DNA of 64,000 nt from Lingula anatina (Eukaryota; Animalia; Brachiopoda): NCBI GenBank assembly GCA_051362555.1, contig CM120640.1, forward strand, positions 71,588,788 to 71,652,787, given 5' to 3'. Of the stretch, positions 24,901 to 33,700 are shown in pieces. A model generated the notes under the pieces. It saw only the letters and a program-made list of their open reading frames with translations. It ran no database searches and was not told where the DNA came from. Made by a program: the position numbers and the translations under genes. How positions within the stretch are numbered: the first letter of the stretch is position 1; every line of letters begins with the position of its first letter.

Positions 24901-27900
24901 AGAATAAATTGTCAGAACGTCTTACCTCTCTATTTTCTGGGGTTTTTTGGAGGAAACACCGGGCGTGATAGCCACCATTTTTTAAAGCTGCAGTACGGAA
25001 TTGTGGGATACGGCTTACTTCGGGAAACCCCTTCCAACCACGTGACTGGTTTCTGCAGACAGCAGAGCCGGTTACGTAACGTACAGTTAGCATATCGTCG
25101 CGAAGCGAAGCTCATGCAGAGCGAGAATAAAGCCCTCTGCGCGCGGGTAGAGATAATTGCTCCCACATGGGATTTCTGTACAGGGTGACTTCAGCTGAAA
25201 ATGACAATCTATCTAGCTAGAGACATATCTGTGAATATCCGTAAAAATCTATCAGTCGCCCTGGTAGAGGGTAGTGGAAAGGTAAGAGAGTAGGGGTGGG
25301 AAGGTAAGGGGGTAGGGATAGGAGGGAAAGGGGGTAGAGATGGAAAGGTAAGAGGATAGGAATGAGAAAGAGAGGGAGGGGGGCTACTGGTAAAGGTTAC
25401 TTAAGGCTGCTGCAGTGTAGAAAAAGATAAATTCCAGCATTGATTTATCATCCTCCTGAAGTAGATTACAAAGCAGCCATAGATGGTAGATAAATCATTT
25501 CTGAAATATACGCCAAATGAAACACGTATGTAAATGTCTGCCATATCCTGCTGGTGTACTAGTTACAATCAACATGGTTTGAATTCCAGACTTCTTCCAC
25601 AGTGAAGTTCAGTCTCTGGAACAAGAGGAGAGTCCTACAGAGTCTCTGCTTCAAAGATGGCAGCAGAAGTGTCCCCATGAAGCCACACTGGGCAGGCTGT
25701 GTCAGGCACTGGAAAGCATGGAGAGGATGGATCTTTTGGATGAGATCTATAAAATAATCAGTTATAGGGTAAGCATTGGCCTTTACAGACTTTGGCACTC
25801 TAGAGGGTGAGGGAGGGACCAGGTAGACATTGTATGTGTTTAGTTAAACGTCAAACTTTAATCTATTACCATTTAAAAAATGGCAAGTACTTTACAATGC
25901 AGTTTTATTATAAACCACTTTGAAAATGTTGATGAAAACAAAATATTTATTGAAAATAAATGTTTTACTATTCTATTACCAAGCATAATGTCTCCGGGCC
26001 CAGACAGCAGGTGTCCCAGGACAGCCAGGTCCCAGGACCTTTCTCCCCTGTTGTGGATAACTCAGGCTCTCTGTCTTGGACTTCACCAGAACCAGAGGTG
26101 ACAGCTGACAGCAGAGTGCCAGAAACTGAGGTGACAGCTGACAGAAGAGCACCTAAAACTAAGGTGACAGCTGACAACAGAGTGCCAGAAACTAAGGTGA
26201 CAGCTGACAGAAGAGCACCTAAAACTGAGGTGACAGCTGACAACAGAGTGCCAGAAACTAAGGTGACAGCTGACAGCAGAGGGCCTGAAACTGAGGTGAC
26301 AGCTGACAGCAGAGTGCCAGAAACTAAGGTGACAGCTGACAGCAGAGGGCCTGAAACTGAGGTGACAGCTGACAGCAGAACGCCAGAAACTGAGGTGACA
26401 GCTGACAGCAGAACGCCAGAAGCTGAGGTGACAGCTGACAGCAGAGGGCCTGAAACTGAGGTGACAGCTGACAGCAGAGCAGCAGAAACTGAGGTGACAA
26501 CTGACAGCAGAATGCCAGAAACTGAGGTGACAGCTGACATCAGGGCACCAGAAACTGAGGTGACAGCTGACAGCAGAGCAGCAGAAACTGAGGTGACAGC
26601 TGACAGCAGAATGCCAGAAACTGAGGTGACAGCTGACATCAGGGTGCCAGAAACTGAGGTGACAGCTGACATCAGGGCACCAGAAACTGAGGTGACAGCT
26701 GACAGCAGAGCAGCAGGGAGAGAGCAGGTAATTATATAGTGTCAGGGAAGCTGGGAGAGGGAAGCTTGTTTTTATAGTGGACCTTGTGTGGCTCTGTTGG
26801 GAGATGGATGAAACTTTTAAGTTAAAACTATAAACATGCTTATATTGATGGTACAGATATGTTTATATTGATGGTAAGGTCATGTTAATACCCATGGTAC
26901 AGATAAGTCTTTTTTTTTTTGATCTTACATCAGCAACCAATAGGCGACAGCTCTGATCCAGAAGCAAAGGTTCCGTCATCCTCAAACACTGTCCCAGGGG
27001 GTGAGCCACAATTGACCCTCTTGGCAGAGGAAAGAACAGACCATATAAATGATGAAAAGTGTCCATCAACTACTTTAGGAGAGGACTCAAAGCCTTCACT
27101 TCAGCCAGTAAAGGAAGTAAATCCCGGTCACATACATAGAAAACAACCACAACCCACTGAATATGAGCAGGATAGTGCCTGCAAGCCTCCCCAAATGACA
27201 GTAGAGGCAGTGAATGGAGGTCACATACAGAAAGAACAGCCACCACCTGTGCAGCAGGACCAGGAGAGTGAATCAAAACCTCCCCCAGTGGCAGCAGAAG
27301 AAGTGAATGGACATACTGTGGCACAAACAGACCCAATAGAAAATGGTCCTATGAATGCAATGAATGACACGTCAAAAGATCTCCCTTTTTCCACACAAGA
27401 AGAAGGCAAACTTCCCTCCATGTCCAGCATGCAGAAACCATTACCTTTGTCCCAGGAGGAGGGAGACAATCAGCCTTCAGGGCCCTCTAGTGGCAGTATG
27501 GATAAACCATTGCCTTTGTCCCAGGAGGAGGAAAATGTTCAGCCTTCAGTGCCCCCTAGTGTCAGCCAACAGAACAACCTCAGTCCTCCCAGTATGGTTG
27601 GTACTGGATACACCCACCTAAACATAACACAGGCTGAGGGAGAGAATAGTTACATTTCTAGTGGCTCTGAAGTTAACATGCTAAAGAACAGGTCTGGATT
27701 CCAGGGGTTGACCCTTGATAACAATATAACTGGGAGTTCTGGAGAGCACTCAGCAGGTGGTGGCACAGACAGCTCTCTGCAGCATGCCTTGAAACTCAAG
27801 AATCCAGATGCTAGTTTGGTTGGTCGTCTTGAAGAAAGTGAAGAGGATGCAGTATTATCAAGAGGTGTGGCTGATGGTGCATCATGTCCATCAGAACACC

Positions 27901-28460
27901 GTATAACATTGCTGAAACACCCAGAGGACCAGGAAGAGAGCAGTGTTGTTCCCAAGGTATTGTTCAGGCCCCCCTCAGATGATTCCCCTGCTGTATCACA
28001 TCAGACCAGCTCCTTGGAGGGTGACAAGTTGACCCTCCCAGCGCAGGCTCCTGTCACTCTGTCCCCTGTGCCAGAACACCCCACCAGTCCTTCCTACAAG
28101 TCCAAGTGTCCAGAACCTCTGACCCTGGTGGACGATGACACAGCCGAGGACAGACAGAGAGTTGACCGTAGTCAGATAGCTGACAGACCTCAGTCTGGAA
28201 GTCCAGCTCAGGGTCATGTGACAGATGGAAGTCCAGGACTGAGGATGCGCAGGAATTCTCTGCGAGGTGGCATATTGCCTGAACTCCCCAAGCTGGACAT
28301 CACTCCAAGACAGCCCCAGGAATTTGTCTGGGACAGACCTGCTGCCAACCAGGCACAGGAACCTCAAGACAGGGCCGGCTTGAATAGGCTGACAGTGGCG
28401 GCACCTTTTGTAGTGTTTGGTCTCTTAGCAACCATAGGACTATACAAGAATTTAAGGTGA
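21962..28460 (+). CDS. MAVS: MAVS/IPS-1-like antiviral signalling adaptor: CARD, death domain, 19x11-aa repeat, Pro/Ser/Glu-rich region with TRAF motifs, C-terminal TM anchor; about 978 aa
   Basis: Exons 21962-22072, 22670-22856, 23372-23560, 25590-25768, 25984-26727, 26934-28460; phase-consistent, total 2937 nt. CARD KIEPVQLMPHLSCLTDVDR|ENITAELR...WFPQFISALRETG. DD ...DWKGLAAEL|DFFHSEVQSLEQEESPTESLLQRW...ATLGRLCQALESMERMDLL. TM LTVAAPFVVFGLLATIGLY followed by KNLR. Candidate upstream exon donors at 20567 or 20706; the latter adds an in-frame ATG at 20662. Confidence 0.88.
22182..22266. repeat. Inverted repeat/hairpin (36-bp arms, 13-nt loop) in a MAVS intron
   Basis: 22182-22217 versus 22231-22266, 2 mismatches. 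Confidence 0.85.
22902..23170. mobile_element. MITE-like element related to 8427-8650
   Basis: Shared terminal TAGATC.ATCTA...ATGGGAACCCAGTCT and ATTTAGCG.GAA.CCCC motifs. Confidence 0.5.
23645..24180. repeat. Purine-rich G-tract minisatellite (about 21 bp, GGGGTAGGGGTGGGAAGGTAA), potential G-quadruplex; resumes at 25272-25383
   Basis: Directly visible; interrupted by the TIR element at 24182-25271. Confidence 0.9.
24182..25271. mobile_element. 1090-bp DNA transposon derivative with 104-bp TIRs flanked by TA, in the intron splitting the MAVS death domain
   Basis: TIRs 24182-24285 and 25168-25271 differ at one position; CCC...GGG termini; TA at 24180-24181 and 25272-25273. Confidence 0.9.
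24465..24978 (-). CDS. Two-exon ORF (102 aa) inside the TIR element encoding an RFX-like winged-helix fragment
   Basis: AAAAATGG start at 24978; exon 24978-24926 with GTAAG donor; TTTTAG acceptor; exon 24720-24465 in frame. LGKLIKQLFPDAELKRKKGENSFYIGIRL resembles the RFX motif GKLIRSVF...YYGIRL. Confidence 0.55.
26086..26712 (+). repeat. Coding 33-bp minisatellite (19 x PETEVTADSRx) in a MAVS exon
   Basis: 19 units counted in ORF 25960-26739. Confidence 0.95.
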
Positions 28461-28545
28461 CAGTGAATATAGTGATGAATTTTCCTGGGTGTGTAAGCGG
28501 TCACTTTGAAGGTTCTGGTATAATACATGCATGTATCTCAAAACC

Positions 28546-28549
<4 letters not shown>

Positions 28550-28584
<35 letters not shown>
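28550..28584. repeat. (CA)n microsatellite in the MAVS 3' UTR region
   Basis: Directly visible. Confidence 0.95.
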
Positions 28585-28587
<3 letters not shown>

Positions 28588-30749
28588 GGTAAAAGGGCAT
28601 GCTTAGCTCTAATGTCTAAAGTAATTTTGTTTTTTTTTTTTCAATGTTCTTTAGGTGAGCAAAATATTTTCAAACATTCTTGAAAAGAATTATCTTGACA
28701 TTGATGATTCAAGTTTTAGCCACAACTTGTGGAATAAGATAGATACAGAGAGTTGACACAGAACGCAAGTGTAGGCCTCTGTATATTTTATGTTTTTGTG
28801 ATAAGATCAAAATGTCTGTACTTCTGTTAACTATATGAACCAAGTTCTCAATGCATTCTGTGATTACTGCTTTTGTCAAAGTTTGAAATGTAAATTTTAA
28901 TGAATTAAATCAATTAACTGTTGAAATGATTTTGGTAATTCTTAAATGTTTTATAATATTTGCCATACATTTAACAGACTCTACACTTTCCAGTAGAAAT
29001 CATCTAAGATAAGTAGACGTCTTGCAAGATTATGCAGGGTATGAGGAAGAGTGGGGACTGTGGGGTCATAATAAATGGCAGATTAGTAAAATACAAAGTG
29101 GCAATGAATAAAGTTGACCGAATTTACACAGTCATTTTTCTGGTCATTTTTTGCTTCTGACAAATAACAGTCTATTGCTTAATGGTAAGAAATGGCTGTT
29201 TTGGTGTCAATTTTGTATTTCTAAGAAGACATTTGCAAACCAAGAATTCTCCCCTTATAAATACAAAGTAAATCCCAACCACAGGTGGATTCTTGCAGTT
29301 TCTAGTCTCGCACAATTCCTATTGACATACAGATGCCTGTTATACCATAGCAGCTCTATCCCACTGTCACGCAGAACTTTTATAATCCCTGCCAAGACCT
29401 GTTGCTGTGCAGTAAAAACACCGACTTTGCATAACAGGTGTTAATGGAGGGGGGTGTGCTTTAATGACATAATTTTAAATTTATTAAGCTTCTTCAGAAT
29501 TGGAAGACGAGGAATCCATTTTCAAACATTTGCAATATGTTGTTGAATTTAATTTCACATATTATTCACAGAACATATAAAACAGACACGGCCGGCATGA
29601 TATAAATAATGGTTATATTTACAATTGAGGGTATTACATAGAAATACAGTGAATGTTATCTGGAAATACAGTATTATACTGCTGCACTATATAAATATCT
29701 GCCCTCACATCTGCTAACATAGTGAACAATGATATCTGCCCTCACACATGCTAACATAGTGAACAATGATATCTGTCCTCACACATGCTAACATGGTGAA
29801 CAGGGATATCTTTTCCTGGAATGCTCACAATGACAACTGTCCAGGACACATTGACCATAGTTAGAAAATGACTAGATAAAATCTTCCTCCATGTACATGT
29901 AAATCACATAAAAAAGCTCTTATAAAACTTAATTCTTAAAAAAATGTTGGAAGAACATACGAAAGGCAGCCTTAAAAGTAAACAATTCATGACCACAATG
30001 AAACAAATCTGAATCAATGAAAAAGGCTACAGTATACCCAAAACTGAGGGTATGTTAAAATGTATTCTTAAACTAGGTATACATTTCTGCTTAAGAAGAT
30101 TTCAAGCAAATAACCACTTTGTGTTTATGAAAATCACATTTCCTTTGTTCTGCAGGTCAGAGTGAAAAAGTACAATACTAGATCTCTGTACACACTCAAT
30201 GCCTTGATTACCAATTGTTGTCGAGTCCATGCTCCATTGGCACAAAATACTTTGTTTATACTTGAAAACCTCCATCAATAAAATAAAAACAGTCTAAAAG
30301 CACATAAAACAAAAAGGTATGATGGAAGAAGACTGAATCTGAAATCAAAGAACAATTTAACTTTTTCTCAGACACATACAATGCCCTAGTACATTTCACT
30401 CTGAACGGCAACAATTAATAAGAAAACACTGCAAACTTGACATGAATTGATTTGGCATACTTCTGCCACATGGCTTGTACTTTCTACTTCAGAATGAGAT
30501 TCTGTCTTTGTTGCAGAGCATTGTGGGATACCTGGCCTCCATTTTAGCACCAAAACTGATCCACGTCCTTCATGGTCAGTGCACCCATCATATGTCACAG
30601 GCCAGGGCCATGTATTTTATACATTGTTTGTAGAGCTCAGAACAGGGAAGCCCTTGCTAGGCTGTGTTAACCATGTTCATATGAAGTTTGTCTTTGAGCC
30701 AGAACAGGGAAGCCCTTGCTAGGCTGTGTTAACAACAGGAAGTTAATGT

Positions 30750-33700
30750 CTACAATTCAGAACTGTCCCTGCTGTCGCTGGTACTACTGGTCCTACTGGA
30801 GTGCCTGGACCGTCCATAGCATGGCTGGACATGTTGGTCATCCTCACTGGTCAACCGCCGTAACATGAGGGTCAGTGGGGAGAATTCTGGGTGGTCATCT
30901 TGGGCTGTGACAGAGGATGTGTGGGTCTTCTTCACAGAGGCTGGAAGTACAGCAAGATGACATTGGTTTGCTGGTTGTACAGTATTCAGTCTTGTATTTA
31001 AACAACACAGAATCATAATGTATAGCATGGGTTATAATAATGACACACAAAAAAAAAACTTTTCCACTTAGTAGGTATTTTTACTAAAATTGCAGACTAA
31101 TTGCAACTCTCCTCACATCCTGGCACAGGATCTATGACACACTTACGTGTACTTCCATATGGGATATCTCCATGTGTTGAAGAGGCTGAACCTTTCCTCA
31201 TAAAGGTGGGAATCTTGTTTTCATTCGGTGGTTTGATGGTCATTTTATTCTCACACACATGCTGCCATAATACTGAAACAAAACACAGTAAATCTGTTGG
31301 TGAAATTAGTAATTAACAATAATCATCTATATCAGCAAAAGGCAGGTGCTCTGAAATGATTGCCACATTATTAAGACAATGAAATGACACTATGGAGCTG
31401 TGGCCACTTTGATCCCTGCATAGACAACCTACCTTGATCTTGGAGGTGCTGCTGTAACCCCTCCCACCCTGTTGATCCCTACATAGACAACCTACCTTGA
31501 TCTAGGAGGTGCTGCTGTAACCCCTCCCACCCTGTTGATCCCTACATAGACAACCTACCTTGATCTAGGAGGTGCTGCTGTAACCCCTCCCACCCTATTC
31601 ATCCCTGCACAGACAACCTACCTTGATCTAGGAGGTGCTGCTGTAACCCTTCCCACCCTGTTGATCCCTACATAGACAACCTACCTTGATCTAGGAGGTG
31701 CTGCTGTAACCCCTCCCACCCTGTTCATCCCTACATAGACAACCTACCTTGATCTAGGAGGTGCTGCTGTAACCCCTCCCACCCTGTTCATCCCTACATA
31801 GACAACCTACCTTGATCTAGGAGGTGCTGCTGTAACCCTTCCCACCCTGTTGATCCCTACATAGACAACCTACCTTGATCTAGGAGGTGCTGCTGTAACC
31901 CCTCCCACCCTGTTGATCCCTACATAGACAACCTACCTTGATCTAGGAGGTGCTGCTGTAACCCCTCCCACCCTGTTGATCCCTACATAGACAACCTACC
32001 TTGATCTAAGAGGTGCTGCTGTAACCCCTCCCACCCTGTTGATCCCTACATAGACAACCTACCTTGATCTAGGAGGTGCTGCTGTAACCCCTCCCACCCT
32101 GTTCATCCCTACATAGACAACCTACCTTGATCTAGGAGGTGCTGCTGTAACCCTTCCCACCCTGTTGATCCCTACATAGACAACCTACCTTGATCTAGGA
32201 GGTGCTGCTGTAACCCCTCCCACCCTGTTGATCCCTACATAGACAACCTACCTTGATCTAGGAGGTGCTGCTGTAACCCTTCCCACCACATCTGCCAGTC
32301 TTCCTTGGACTCTGCAGCAAATGTGTACTGTTTCCTCTCTCCAAACACATTGGCAGAGATGTAGAGAGTGTGTGGCCGTACCATAGTGCTAGGGTCTGCC
32401 TCACACACCTGGGTCTCCTGGAATAGTACACAACACTGGTAACTCTCTGACAAATATGACATGCAGTCTGTGTTCCTATGACTAATCACTTCATGTTTCA
32501 TGTACTAGTTATGACAAGAGATGTCCTTAGAGTATTACATGTAGCCCACGGTGAAAGACGCATGCCCTGGGGTAGCACTAGCAATTTTTTTTAGCTTAGC
32601 CAAATTGCTACTTTTTCGCCACTATCTTTTCCAGATGGTTTTAAAAATTTTAACTACAACAACTCAAATCAACCCCATTTTGTTTAGCCAATCAAGTCAG
32701 TTCTGGCTAAATTGGCCAGTCTTAGGGCTACCCCAGTATGCCTGCAACTAACATGTCATATGGCTAGAAAATACCAACAAGAGGATAATTGCCTCTGTAT
32801 TTTGCTAGGACTGCACTGAAGCATACAACTTGCATAAGCAATAAAACAAGTGTAATTATACTATTGTTTGAAGCACCAACCTTTGAATAATAAACTGGAG
32901 TTTCTGATGTTTTCACTTAAAAACATAAACAAACATCCAAAAAAATGTGTCATTGCTATAGCATGCAAATTATTCAAATTATTCATTTATTTCAACAATA
33001 AATACATGTAAATATGTGTCATGTGTCTTACTTTAGTGATAGGAATGGCTGCGTCTGGCATAACCATGTGCATGTTAGCTGGGTTGTTCCAACAGTTCAG
33101 TTGTAGTTCCTTCAACACACACCAATGTCTGGTCCAATCATCTGACACCCCATCTATGTTCTAAAACAATAACAATAACAACATCATCTCACACCCCATC
33201 AATGTTCTAAAACAATAACAATAACAACATCATCTCACACCTCATCTATGTTCTAAAACAATACAATAACAACATCATCTCACACCCCATCTATGTTCTA
33301 AAACAATAACAATAACAACATCATCTGACACCCCATCAATGTTCTAAAACAATAACAATAACAACATCATCTGACACCCCATCAATGTTCTAAAACAATA
33401 ACAATAACAACATCATCTCACACCCCATCAATGTTCTAAAACAATAACAACATCATCTGACACCCCATCAATGTTCTAAAACAATAACAATAACAACATC
33501 ATCTGACACCCCATCAATGTTCTAAAACAATAACAATAACAACATCATCTGACACCCCATCAATGTTCTAAAACAATAACAATAACAACATCATCTGACA
33601 CCCCATCAATGTTCTAAAACAATAACAATAACAACATCATCTGACACCCCATCAATGTTCTAAAACAATAACAATAACAACATCATCTGACACCCCATCA

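Noticed and set aside
25968-26672. 234-aa hydrophobic antisense ORF (LLSAVTSVSG)n
   Set aside because: Shadow frame of the stop-free 33-bp coding repeat of MAVS.
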